Source: a bacterium
GTDB lineage: Bacteria; Electryoneota; Electryoneia; Electryoneales; Electryoneaceae
Direction of reading: 5' to 3'
DNA: 64,000 nucleotides
Assembly: GCA_963669175.1 (NCBI GenBank)
Contig: OY769902.1
Coordinates: 2,176,001-2,240,000 of the forward strand
In this document: positions 1-10,011 of the stretch, piece by piece
Position numbering within the stretch: the stretch's first letter is position 1
Layout: every line of letters begins with the position of its first letter
Notes under the pieces: generated by a model
What the model saw: the letters and a program-made list of their open reading frames with translations, nothing else
What the model was told of the DNA's origin: nothing
Databases searched by the model: none
Made by a program: the position numbers and the translations under genes

Positions 1-1
1 A

Positions 2-1231
2 TTTGCCGGTATTAATCATAAATGGAAGAATGACGTTGCTGAAACAGAACGGCAAGGGGAGTACCTGAATTGGTTGCTGATAAGTCCCTGGTATGCGGCT
101 GATATCAGGATGCTGGGACTAGGCAACTATTTCAAAACAGCGTACCAGGATGTCAGAAAAAAAATCAGAACAGCGAGATTGTATATAGCATGGAAACGTT
201 CCTGGTTCGAGTTCTTTGCAGAGGGCAGCGCTACACTGGTTGTTTTTGGATCACTTCTTGTTGTGGCTTTACGCGCAGTGAAGGGGTTGATAACACTCGG
301 TGATACAGTTGCATTCTACCAGGCATTGCTACGTGGTGTGCAGGCTGTGCGCAATATCGTGACAGAACTTGCACAATTACATGAATCAAATCTGTTCTTG
401 TCACATCTGGAAGAATTCCTGGAGATAGAACCGAAGTCTCCACCATGTGCGCAAACAAGAAGCGTTCTTCCAAAAATGATACATTCTATCACTCTGAAAG
501 ATGTATCATTTGCCTATCCCAGGAGTAACCGTCTTGTTTTGGAACAGATTTCGTTCAGCATTGAACCGGGTGAATTAATCGTTGTCGTGGGGGAAAATGG
601 TGCCGGGAAAACGACTATGGCCAAATTATTAGGCAGGTTATATGAACCGGGGGATGGTTCAGTCTGTATTAATGGGATTGACTACCGTGATTTTGATCCG
701 GAAGAAGTGAAGAAAATGATAGCATATTTACCACAAGATTTGGCAAAATATGAAGTTAGCATTACAGAGAATGTCTGGTATGGTGATATTGATCGTCCCC
801 GCAGGGAGGATGAGATCGACAGGGCTTTGGAGTTCGCCGGGTTGCTTGAAAGCGTGAATGCTCTCCCACAAAAAAAAGAGACCATCCTTGGCTCGTTGTT
901 TGCAAACGGAATAAATCTGAGTGAAGGCCAATGGCGAAGGTTGGCGCTGGCACGGGCCAATTTCAGAAAGGCAGAATTTGTCATCATGGATGAACCACTG
1001 GCTGCAATTGACGCGTTGACTGAAGCTAGCCTGATTGAACAAGTGAAAGCTATGGCCAATGAAAAAGCTGTTTTATTGATAAGCCACAGGTTCTCTTTGG
1101 CGCGTCAGGCGAATAAAATTCTGGTGCTGAAGGAAGGAAAGCTCGTTGAAACAGGAACACATCAGCAGTTGATGGAACTTGGCGGGTACTATTCGCTTAT
1201 GTACAACAGGCAGGCGGGATTCTATAACTAA
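2..1231 (+). CDS. ABC exporter, fused permease/ATPase (5' truncated by window edge)
   Basis: Frame is open from base 2. TM segments, Walker A GENGAGKTT, Q-loop YLPQD, signature LSEGQWRRLALAR, Walker B VIMDEP, H-loop ISHR. Confidence 0.9.
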   Translation, partial: FAGINHKWKNDVAETERQGEYLNWLLISPWYAADIRMLGLGNYFKTAYQDVRKKIRTARLYIAWKRSWFEFFAEGSATLVVFGSLLVVALRAVKGLITLGDTVAFYQALLRGVQAVRNIVTELAQLHESNLFLSHLEEFLEIEPKSPPCAQTRSVLPKMIHSITLKDVSFAYPRSNRLVLEQISFSIEPGELIVVVGENGAGKTTMAKLLGRLYEPGDGSVCINGIDYRDFDPEEVKKMIAYLPQDLAKYEVSITENVWYGDIDRPRREDEIDRALEFAGLLESVNALPQKKETILGSLFANGINLSEGQWRRLALARANFRKAEFVIMDEPLAAIDALTEASLIEQVKAMANEKAVLLISHRFSLARQANKILVLKEGKLVETGTHQQLMELGGYYSLMYNRQAGFYN

Positions 1232-1649
1232 TATAGACGGCTGATGCTGGATCGTAAGATGTTCGTCCGATGGACATGAAGTCTCGATCATTTACCCCAT
1301 GCTGAAGAGTTGAGCGCGCCTTTCACCTGTTTCATTTCAGACCAAAGCGGAAGTCCAGCACGATCTCCGATAAAAGAGGTCGGGGTGAGTTGCATAGTAG
1401 TGAAATATGTTGTATCCTTAAAAAGAGATGTAAATAATTGTAATTTATGATTTTCGGTTTATTTGGTGAGTGACTCTTTTTTCATGATTTTATTGTTTGA
1501 ATCTCTTGGTGTTGATCTAGTGCACAGAGATTTGACAGATCCTACCGTACATTCAGTATGGATGGAATGTAGGATTTTACAGTGAACATAATCCGCAATT
1601 TGCGGTTTAAGTGGTTTTGGAACAGCAACATGCTGTGAAGGAGGTTGTC

Positions 1650-4600
1650 ATGAAACGGACAATCCTGACGATAAGCTTTTTATCCTTGTTTATTGGGGTT
1701 GCATTTGCACAAAAGCCATCATTGGAAAAAGTGCAGGCAGAACTGGCCAGTTTCGAAAACTCATCGTCGCACCTGTTAGTCTATGGCGCCGGGTATTCGG
1801 GGCAGGTTGAGAACTGGTTCAGCGAACTGGATGAGTTGGATGAAGTTCTGCTGTCAGAAGATTTCTCTACCGGTATTCCCGAAACATGGACCATCACGAA
1901 CCATGCAGATGTGGGCGATCCCACCTGGGAAGCGATTTCGGATCCGGCGCTTGGCGAATTAATGTTACCATATGCCGCTATGTATCCGGAGCTATACGGT
2001 GGTGGTAATTATGCAAGCTCGTTGCTGACGCCGTCCATTAACTGTTCGGAAGTATCCTCTGTTGTTTTGACTTTCAATACAGAGTTTGCGACCATTGCGC
2101 CAGGTGTGGGCTATGAAACGGTAAAGGTAATGGTGTCGCGTGATGGTGGGGTTACATGGCCTGATACTGTTTACTCTGTTCTCAATAATTTGAGTCAATA
2201 TCCAGTTGAAGTTGACTTGTCCGAATCAGTGAGCGGATTCGCTGATGTCATTGTACGTTTTTATTATGCGGACAATGGCTTGCAGGGGCGTTACTGGGCT
2301 ATTGATGATGTCGCTATCATCGCGGATCCACCTCCTTCAGTAAGTGTTATTTCAAGCCCAATGGCAGCTTTCGACGATCAGGATGTCGAAATTGTACTTG
2401 AATCAACAGATAATTCCGGGCTTGGGTTGGATACGGATGCCATGTTTGTTTATTACGGTGAAATCGTTGGAAATTCGGTTCCCAATCCCAGCAGCGTAGC
2501 CCTTGCCGCAACGGGTGAGGAGAATGAATTCAGTGCAACGATTCCGCAAGCGGATCTGACAGCGAATGCAGATATCGGCTGGTGGATTTCCATCAGTGAT
2601 AATGCAGGCGCAGAGGCTCGACGGCCAATTACAGAGGGCGCGTATTACAGTTTCCATGTTTATCCCGGTTCATACGACTATATGACCTCACAGGTGGACT
2701 ATTTCTTTACCGATATCAGTGAGACCGGTACCGCATTAAATCTTGAAGATGATGATGTTGCCGTAATAAGTTGGGCTGGTCAAGCTGATCCATTCCCGTG
2801 GTACAGTGGTACTTTCCAGCAGTGTCGTGTATCCTCAAACGGCTGGATTTCTTTCGGTACACCAACAGATTCTTATCCATTACTTCCTCCTTTCCCGAGC
2901 TCACAGGGACCGCACAATACCATCGCTGTGGCCGGAACAGACTTGAATCCCGAAACGGGCGGGGCCATTTACTGGCAGGTACTGAATGATCGTATCATTA
3001 TCCAATATGATGCTGTTCGATTTTATAATTCCGTACAAACATTTACCGGGCAGATCGTACTGGTACCCAGCACACAGTCGGTGTTTCTGAACTATCCCAC
3101 AGCCAATACCGCGGCTTGGGCGTTCAACCACTCTGTCGGTTTTGAGAACAATGCCGGATTGATTGGGCACTCCTTTGAATATGGAACTGTCTGGAATCTC
3201 TTTAACGGTGTTGTGGATGGTACTTCATTGCTGGTCGGTGTGAATCCGGCGCACATCGAGGGGACGATAACGGATAATGAAGAGCCCCCCAGTCCACTGG
3301 AAGGGGTAGAAGTTTCTTTGACGGTCAGTGGCGATGTATTGCAGACCTGGACAGATGAAGAAGGATTCTACGGCTTTTACGATATCGTACCTGGAAACCA
3401 TACAATCCAGGCAGCTTTTGTGGATTATCTGCCGCATGGACCTCAAGCGGTAGCCCTGACAGGAGGCGATACGACCACCTACAATATTCAACTGGCGCTT
3501 GATCCTTCGGCTGATGTTGATGTTGATGGGTACATCTGGGTGCGTGATGAGGTGAATGTTACACCTGTTTCAAATGTTACTGTTTATATCCAGCTTCTTG
3601 ACCTGACGGTAACAACCAACGAGAGCGGATATTTCAATCTCGGGACGCAACCACAGGGCGTTTATACGTTCCGTCTGACCCATAATACAACCGGCTCCAA
3701 TGCTTTTCACAATGTCCGCTACCAGGGGGTGTCCGTCTCCAGTGATACGACCTTCGCCTTTGAGATGGATGAAATAATGGCGCCATCCGAAGTTGCCGCC
3801 ATCCCGGGGGAAAGGTCAGTAACTCTTTATTGGGATTTGCCAACCAACGAGCAGGACGAAGTTCTTCTGACCCGTATTCTGGACAATCGTCGTGAGGCGC
3901 TGGCTTCAGCGCAAAACGCTTCCATTTCACCCGAAAAGCTTGCCAGGTTGGAAGATGAAGTGCTTCGTTATTCAAAGGCTTTGGCAAGAGTACAGGAAAG
4001 AGCTGGCCTGAACGAGCTGGATGAGCTCGGGGTTATTGAAGGGTACATGGTAAAAATGGATGGCAGTGTTGTGAATAGCGCTGTTGTCGATACCTTCCTT
4101 GTGATTGATACACTTACCAATTTTGTCCAATATGATTTTGAAGTTGCAGTGGATTACGGATATGACAGCAATGAGTACCTTGTCTGGTCAGATCCTATTA
4201 CGGTTCAGCCGGTTTCAGGGCCACGTTACGAGCGTGATTTGCTCGATGAATTTGTCTGGTATGAATTGAACCCTGATAGTGTACAGCGTCAAGGTGTACA
4301 TGCCACGGGGCTTATTGATGACGGTTTAACCCCATGGGTCAGCATCACGCCAAACGTGTTCTCATTCTACGAAGTTGAGTATAATCGCTTCGTCATCAGT
4401 TCCAACGGATACATCAGCTTTACCAGCCTTGTGTCTTCCGTTGGTGGTTCAATCCCTGATCCAGCGCAACCGAATGCGATTATTGCTCCCTATTGGACTG
4501 ATCTTGATCCGGGATCACCGACAGAAGAAGTCTGGCACTGGTTTAACCAGACGGACAGCATTGTTGTCGTTCAATGGACAACAGGGAACAACCCCGGTCC

Positions 4601-7136
4601 GGAAATAAACCTGAAGGAATTCCAGATTATTCTGGATCTGACCGATAACAGTTTCATCATGAGTTACAAGCATGCGGAAGATGGCTGGGATATTGATCAG
4701 GGTGTTACCATCGGTGTGGAAGGGCAGGGTGGTGTTCGAGGGACAGTATGTCCGCACAGTAGCATAACGGACTACCTTTCGGTCAAGTATGAATTCTTTG
4801 ACCGGGATTTCGGGAACATTACCGGTCGCGTTACCGATGGTGAAAGTGGCGTTGCAGGCGCGTTGGTGTTTGCTTCTTATGACAGGTATGACGTGCGTGA
4901 CACGACAGATGTCGATGGTTACTACACGCTGCTTGGTGTTGATACTGCTTTCACGTATGATGTTGTTGCATGGGCTGAAAACTACGCTCCTGTCTATCAG
5001 CAGGTTTCGCCTGATGATTGGGGAGCATTCACGTTGACACTTGATGACCTGGAATTTGGTGGCGCCGGCAGCAGCCCTGGCGGTTTCAACCTGGTATCGC
5101 CTGGAAATACTTCTGCGCTTTACGATGATCACACCATTCTTGAGTGGACGGAGTCCGTTGACACTGATACGTTTGACCTGGTCCACTACTTCGTGGAATG
5201 GAGTTCAGACGTCAGCTTCGCAGAGGATGTCTATTCTGCTACGACGAATAATACTGAATACACGATCCGTGATTTGCTGGATGCATTCAACTTGAATGAC
5301 TTCATTTACTGGCGGGTGAAGGCGATTGACCTTGCTGGCAACGAAACGTGGTCGACCAATGGCGGGCAGGCAGGCTTTGTTTTCATGCTGGCGCCTTCCA
5401 CGCCACCGGATCCATTTGATCTGGTTTCACCGGCCAACGGTGCTACGACAGGCAATACGGTAAACTTCTCCTGGAATCATGCACTGGAAGATGATTACGG
5501 AGATTCGGTTGTTTACCATTTGGAGATTTCGACTTCCAACGATCCTTTCGCGGCAACCTATACGTACAACACCGGCAGTAGTGTCAGCTATACTACGGAT
5601 CAGTTGCCGGACAATACCCAATTGTGGTGGCGTGTCCTTGCACAGGATTTGAACACATCCGGAACGTATTCCAACCAGACCTGGAGTTTCAATCATCCGC
5701 CTTATTCGAGCAGCGGTAATTTCTCTGATGGTTGGAATGGATGGTACCTGTTCAGCATTCCTGCGATACCACAGGTTGGTCAGAACGATACAGCGTCAAT
5801 TATCGGTGATGACGTTACCGGTGACTACGCGGTCTATTCGGGAAATTCACCGCATCAACCGGTTGGTACATTATCCAATGGGCCGGGATACTGGCTGTGG
5901 TTGGAAAACGATGCGACGATTGATATGGCCGGTAGCCGTCGATTTGACGATTATTCCATGACGTTGGATGATGGTTGGAACACCGTCGGCGCGGCAATGT
6001 CTTACGAATACGATGTGGCTGATCTGAAGCTCACGGACGGCTCTGATACACTGACCTGGCAACAGGCAGCCAGTGAATTCTGGATCGTTCCGAGTTCAAT
6101 TGGTTACAACCCGTTCAGCGGTTCTTATGAGATTGTCTCAGAACTTGTGCCATGGAACGGTTACAGCCTGTTTGTGGTGCCAGATCCTTCCAATCCCGGG
6201 CGCGAGTTGTCATTAATAACAGAGCCAGTATTCCCGGATCTTGTAATGGCCCCGGTTACAGAGATAACAGGGATCAAGCTGGAACCCTCCGCTGAAAAGG
6301 CGAAGGGGAAGACCAGGACGACTACTGCATCAACCAAGCCAAAGAAGGAAACAGATAGCCAGAATGATGAGCTGGATACCGTAAACAACTGGTTCCTCCC
6401 GGTTGTTATCACCCAGGGTGACATGTCTGACGAGCTGGCCGGGATTGGTGTGAATCCGTTTGCTACCGATTCCATCGAAAGCAGCTATGACCTCCCGGTG
6501 CCACCGGCTCCTGCAAGCGGCAGCTATATCCGGATCATGTTCCTGCCGGATGAAATCTCAGAGACTTGGCGCGCAAGTGGTGATACCATGATGGCCAGGG
6601 ATATTCGTGAGCCCTTCGACAATACCATGCAGAAAATCTGGTATGGTTTCATTGACGGAACTGAAACGGGCATGGTTGAGCTGGACTTCAGCGCTGCTAC
6701 GGACTCACTTCCGGAACACTTTGCGGCCTATCTGAACCTGAACGGTCAATACTACAATGTCAGCAATGATCCGTTTATTCAGTTCAACAAGACGGATACG
6801 CGACATGATTTCCTGTTGACTGTTGCAGATGAAGATGCTGTCCCGATGCATGAAGAAGAAGCGTTGCCGACTGAATACGCGGTTGAATCGATTTATCCGA
6901 ACCCGTTCAACCCGATGACAACGATACAGGTGGGCCTGCCACAGGCGAGCAGCCTGCGTATCAATGTCTTCAACGTGCTTGGACAAGAGGTTGCGCAGGT
7001 GGTCAATGGACAATATGCAGCCGGACGTCACCGCTTCCTGTTCAAAGCGGAAAACCTGTCCAGCGGTGTGTATTTCGTGCATGTTTCCGCGCCCGGCAAG
7101 CTGGATACTGTCAGGAAACTGGTGCTGACGAGGTAA
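1650..7136 (+). CDS. Large secreted multidomain protein (MAM/NIDO-like, carboxypeptidase-regulatory-like and FN3-like modules) with T9SS type A-like C-terminal sorting domain
   Basis: GGAGG RBS, then ATG 1650. Signal peptide MKRTIL...AFA. Two VSSNGWISF/ISSNGYISF modules. C-terminus IYPNPFNP..FNVLGQEV..LSSGVYF..RKLVL. Confidence 0.85.
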   Translation: MKRTILTISFLSLFIGVAFAQKPSLEKVQAELASFENSSSHLLVYGAGYSGQVENWFSELDELDEVLLSEDFSTGIPETWTITNHADVGDPTWEAISDPALGELMLPYAAMYPELYGGGNYASSLLTPSINCSEVSSVVLTFNTEFATIAPGVGYETVKVMVSRDGGVTWPDTVYSVLNNLSQYPVEVDLSESVSGFADVIVRFYYADNGLQGRYWAIDDVAIIADPPPSVSVISSPMAAFDDQDVEIVLESTDNSGLGLDTDAMFVYYGEIVGNSVPNPSSVALAATGEENEFSATIPQADLTANADIGWWISISDNAGAEARRPITEGAYYSFHVYPGSYDYMTSQVDYFFTDISETGTALNLEDDDVAVISWAGQADPFPWYSGTFQQCRVSSNGWISFGTPTDSYPLLPPFPSSQGPHNTIAVAGTDLNPETGGAIYWQVLNDRIIIQYDAVRFYNSVQTFTGQIVLVPSTQSVFLNYPTANTAAWAFNHSVGFENNAGLIGHSFEYGTVWNLFNGVVDGTSLLVGVNPAHIEGTITDNEEPPSPLEGVEVSLTVSGDVLQTWTDEEGFYGFYDIVPGNHTIQAAFVDYLPHGPQAVALTGGDTTTYNIQLALDPSADVDVDGYIWVRDEVNVTPVSNVTVYIQLLDLTVTTNESGYFNLGTQPQGVYTFRLTHNTTGSNAFHNVRYQGVSVSSDTTFAFEMDEIMAPSEVAAIPGERSVTLYWDLPTNEQDEVLLTRILDNRREALASAQNASISPEKLARLEDEVLRYSKALARVQERAGLNELDELGVIEGYMVKMDGSVVNSAVVDTFLVIDTLTNFVQYDFEVAVDYGYDSNEYLVWSDPITVQPVSGPRYERDLLDEFVWYELNPDSVQRQGVHATGLIDDGLTPWVSITPNVFSFYEVEYNRFVISSNGYISFTSLVSSVGGSIPDPAQPNAIIAPYWTDLDPGSPTEEVWHWFNQTDSIVVVQWTTGNNPGPEINLKEFQIILDLTDNSFIMSYKHAEDGWDIDQGVTIGVEGQGGVRGTVCPHSSITDYLSVKYEFFDRDFGNITGRVTDGESGVAGALVFASYDRYDVRDTTDVDGYYTLLGVDTAFTYDVVAWAENYAPVYQQVSPDDWGAFTLTLDDLEFGGAGSSPGGFNLVSPGNTSALYDDHTILEWTESVDTDTFDLVHYFVEWSSDVSFAEDVYSATTNNTEYTIRDLLDAFNLNDFIYWRVKAIDLAGNETWSTNGGQAGFVFMLAPSTPPDPFDLVSPANGATTGNTVNFSWNHALEDDYGDSVVYHLEISTSNDPFAATYTYNTGSSVSYTTDQLPDNTQLWWRVLAQDLNTSGTYSNQTWSFNHPPYSSSGNFSDGWNGWYLFSIPAIPQVGQNDTASIIGDDVTGDYAVYSGNSPHQPVGTLSNGPGYWLWLENDATIDMAGSRRFDDYSMTLDDGWNTVGAAMSYEYDVADLKLTDGSDTLTWQQAASEFWIVPSSIGYNPFSGSYEIVSELVPWNGYSLFVVPDPSNPGRELSLITEPVFPDLVMAPVTEITGIKLEPSAEKAKGKTRTTTASTKPKKETDSQNDELDTVNNWFLPVVITQGDMSDELAGIGVNPFATDSIESSYDLPVPPAPASGSYIRIMFLPDEISETWRASGDTMMARDIREPFDNTMQKIWYGFIDGTETGMVELDFSAATDSLPEHFAAYLNLNGQYYNVSNDPFIQFNKTDTRHDFLLTVADEDAVPMHEEEALPTEYAVESIYPNPFNPMTTIQVGLPQASSLRINVFNVLGQEVAQVVNGQYAAGRHRFLFKAENLSSGVYFVHVSAPGKLDTVRKLVLTR

Positions 7137-7167
7137 TTCTCGATTTCTGTCGATTCCCTTGATAGAT

Positions 7168-7200
7168 AACCGTCTCCCCGCAAAGGAGGCGGTTTTTTCT
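7168..7200 (+). terminator. Rho-independent terminator
   Basis: aaccgtctcc-ccgcaaa-ggaggcggtt hairpin followed by a T run, 30 nt after the stop codon. Confidence 0.8.
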
Positions 7201-7220
7201 TCGATGCTCACGATAACCAC

Positions 7221-7267
7221 GAGATCCCCAGTTGATCCCCGACTACAACATTCGGTGAGGGGATGAC
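7221..7267. repeat. GTCATCCC...GGGATCTC REP-like palindrome (reverse orientation)
   Basis: gagatcccc...ggggatgac. Same family at 18436, 22194, 32394 (x5), 34336 and 45931. Confidence 0.6.
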
Positions 7268-7400
7268 ATGGTGTAAATCTTCTGAATACTGCGACAGGAT
7301 TCCGCGAGATTCATGAATATCGCTTGCTGATTTTCTTGATCTCACAGCCTGCGGGTGGTTACCTTCACAAGATTACGTTTACTACAGGACAGGAGAAGCC

Positions 7401-8783
7401 ATGCGGAAAGCCGGACTGTTTATTTGGCCGGTTGCAGCATTATTGCTGCTATCATGCGGAGAGGGTACGGTCTACGGACCGGTAGGCAATTTCTCTGAGG
7501 GACTTGCACTGGTTCCCGTTGATGGATTGTGGGGATATATCGATACGACCGGGACGATGGTTATTCAACCTCAGTACTCGATGGCTGAAGCATTTTCACA
7601 TGGCATAGCTGTCGTTAAGAAAGAGAATAAATTCGGTGTTATCAACGCGGCAGGGCAAGCTGTTGTTCCTGTCGAGTATGATGAAATTACCGGCTTTGAA
7701 AACGGCTTTGCTCGTGTCCGAAAAGGAGGAGAGTGGGGATATATCAATCAGGATGGGCAGCTTTGTATCAGCCTGCAATATGATAAGGCCAATCCTTTTG
7801 CTGAGGGAATGGCCGCTGTCCACAGCGGTTCCGGTTGGGGTTATATCTTCGAAGATGGGGCAAAGGCAATTGACTTCAAGTTTGATGAAGCGCAACCGTT
7901 TTCCAATGGCCTGGCCTGGGTGAAAGTTGCTGGTGATGCAGACGAGAACTGGGGACTGGTTGATACTGTGGGTGAAGTATTATCGACATTCCCTGGAGCA
8001 TTGGAAGTTCGACCCTTTGAAGATGGCATGGCCGCGTTCAGCAAACGTGTTCGTGTCCTGATCGAAGGCAAGGAGATGGACAAGGTTCGCTGGGGATTCA
8101 TCGGGTTGGATGGCAAGGTAGCCGTAGAGCCCACATATGTTGACGTCCATGACTTTTCCGAGGGTATGGCCGCTGTAATGGGTATTGTCGAAGGGCTTCC
8201 TAAGGACATCGAGGGCATGTGGGGCTATATCGATACGTCCGGCGATGAGATTATTCCGCTTGAGTACTATAGTGCGGCGGACTTCCATGAAGGAACGGCT
8301 GTTGTTGAAGTCTCCGTTGATGTGGACCGATTACCGGCCGACTTGAAGAGCGCCACGGAACCCCTGCAACATAATGGATTGATCCGTATGCAGCTTCTCC
8401 TGAACAAGGCGGGTATGGAAGTTGTACCGCCGCGCTATAATTATATCGGTCCCTTCAAGAATGGTCTGGCCGTGGTCAGGCAGGGAATCTTCCCGATGCA
8501 AAAGTGGGGATATATTGATCGCAGTGGACAGGAAGTTGTGCAGCTAAAATACAACCGTGCCCTGGATTTTCACGCTGGTCTGGCGGGGGTTGCAATAGCT
8601 GCTGGTGATGACCCGGAAAAATCGGACGCTGTCTTCGGCTACATTGATACCATGGGCAAAGAGGTCATCGATTTCAAGTTTGATCTCGTGGGGCCATTTA
8701 TTGATGGTCGCGCTCGCGTGATGAAAGATGACAAGTGGGCTTTCATTGATCATTCCGGAAGTATTGTCTGGACACAGGAGTAA
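7401..8783 (+). CDS. WG (KWG)-repeat lipoprotein
   Basis: Lipobox LLSC and repeated FSEGLA.V....WGYID..G units. GGAG RBS. Confidence 0.9.
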   Translation: MRKAGLFIWPVAALLLLSCGEGTVYGPVGNFSEGLALVPVDGLWGYIDTTGTMVIQPQYSMAEAFSHGIAVVKKENKFGVINAAGQAVVPVEYDEITGFENGFARVRKGGEWGYINQDGQLCISLQYDKANPFAEGMAAVHSGSGWGYIFEDGAKAIDFKFDEAQPFSNGLAWVKVAGDADENWGLVDTVGEVLSTFPGALEVRPFEDGMAAFSKRVRVLIEGKEMDKVRWGFIGLDGKVAVEPTYVDVHDFSEGMAAVMGIVEGLPKDIEGMWGYIDTSGDEIIPLEYYSAADFHEGTAVVEVSVDVDRLPADLKSATEPLQHNGLIRMQLLLNKAGMEVVPPRYNYIGPFKNGLAVVRQGIFPMQKWGYIDRSGQEVVQLKYNRALDFHAGLAGVAIAAGDDPEKSDAVFGYIDTMGKEVIDFKFDLVGPFIDGRARVMKDDKWAFIDHSGSIVWTQE

Positions 8784-8814
8784 GCCCTTCCTGTTCGTGG
8801 TTTTACAATGAGGG

Positions 8815-9453
8815 TTGCGCTTGAGTATTCGTGTGCGAAAACACAATAGTTTGAACAGATGCCGGGGAGGGGCCAGGCATCTGTTTTCTTTTCGCAACAT
8901 CGTGCTTACCACGATAGTACCAATGCTCTTTTTTATTTCTGCATGCGGGATTTTTTCAACACGTGATCCCGGTGATCCTGCCGGTCCCAATTCCAATGAT
9001 ATCGCCATATTTTATGATGAAGTGCCGGAATTGCTGGTCACGTCAATTGAGACTCGTGATTCACAACAGTATATGGCCCTGATTGATTCTGCGTTTACAT
9101 ATATCCCGCCCAACGGTATCGAAAACCCGGCGTTTTTTCTGAGCTGGGATTACGATGCGGAGGATGTTTTTATCAGGCGTATGTTATCTCTCGATGTGTT
9201 GCCGATAGATTCAGCGGCTACAATCTCGTTCAGTAGCGCTGAAATTACTGAAAATGCTGCGGATACAGTCATTTATCAGCAAAACTACTCCCTTTCTTAT
9301 CACAGTGTTCAAGAGGGATTGCCGCAAGTTTATGAGGGCGTGCTGCAATGGTACCTGGTGCGTGGGAGTGATGGTGGTTGGCGAATCAGGATCTGGCAGG
9401 ACGATACGGCAGGCGATGAGGCTACCATGAGTACATTACGGCTCACCTTATAG
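8815..9453 (+). CDS. Hypothetical lipoprotein, NTF2-like (start uncertain, possibly later)
   Basis: Lipobox ISAC-GIFSTRDP. C-terminal DGGWRIRIWQD typical of NTF2/SnoaL-like folds. Confidence 0.7.
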   Translation: MRLSIRVRKHNSLNRCRGGARHLFSFRNIVLTTIVPMLFFISACGIFSTRDPGDPAGPNSNDIAIFYDEVPELLVTSIETRDSQQYMALIDSAFTYIPPNGIENPAFFLSWDYDAEDVFIRRMLSLDVLPIDSAATISFSSAEITENAADTVIYQQNYSLSYHSVQEGLPQVYEGVLQWYLVRGSDGGWRIRIWQDDTAGDEATMSTLRLTL

Positions 9454-9474
9454 GACCACATAGGACCATAGGTC

Positions 9475-10011
9475 ATGACCATGACCGGACAGAGAGCAAA
9501 GAAGTCTTCCAAAGACCTGCGCAACCTGGTAATGGTAGCGGGCCTCATGGTCTTTCTGTTGTCCGGCTGTCTGAATCCTTTTGCACCTGAAGAGGGTGAC
9601 TTGAGTAGTGATATCTGGGATCCGCAGGTCACCGTGGGCGGACTTCTGGACAATTTCCGTACATCGTATGCGCTGCAGGACAGCTTACGTTATGCCGACC
9701 TGATCGCTGAAGAATTTGTCTTCCAGTATTTCGATTTTGAGGTGAACCGGTATGAACAGTGGTATCGTGAAACAGAACTGACGGCGACCGGCGGTTTGAT
9801 GTCCAGCGTGGACCGTCTCGATCTGAGATGGGGAACCCTCACACCGGCATCGATGGATACATTCAGTATCCCGGACACGACGGTGGAGTTTACGGTACGC
9901 TATATGCTCACGGCCGGGCAGTTTGCTTCCTTAAACGGGTTTGCACGCTTCCAGGTGCGGACGGGTGACGACGGACGATTTCGTATTGTGATGTGGAAAG
10001 ATGATTTCTAA
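9475..10011 (+). CDS. Hypothetical lipoprotein, NTF2-like
   Basis: Lipobox LSGC-LNPFAP. C-terminal DGRFRIVMWKD resembles the upstream gene. Confidence 0.75.
   Translation: MTMTGQRAKKSSKDLRNLVMVAGLMVFLLSGCLNPFAPEEGDLSSDIWDPQVTVGGLLDNFRTSYALQDSLRYADLIAEEFVFQYFDFEVNRYEQWYRETELTATGGLMSSVDRLDLRWGTLTPASMDTFSIPDTTVEFTVRYMLTAGQFASLNGFARFQVRTGDDGRFRIVMWKDDF

Noticed and set aside
7353-7370. Fourth operator-like site GGGTGGTTACCTTCACAA
   Set aside because: The left half-site has several mismatches, and the match is better explained by a -10-like TACCTT.
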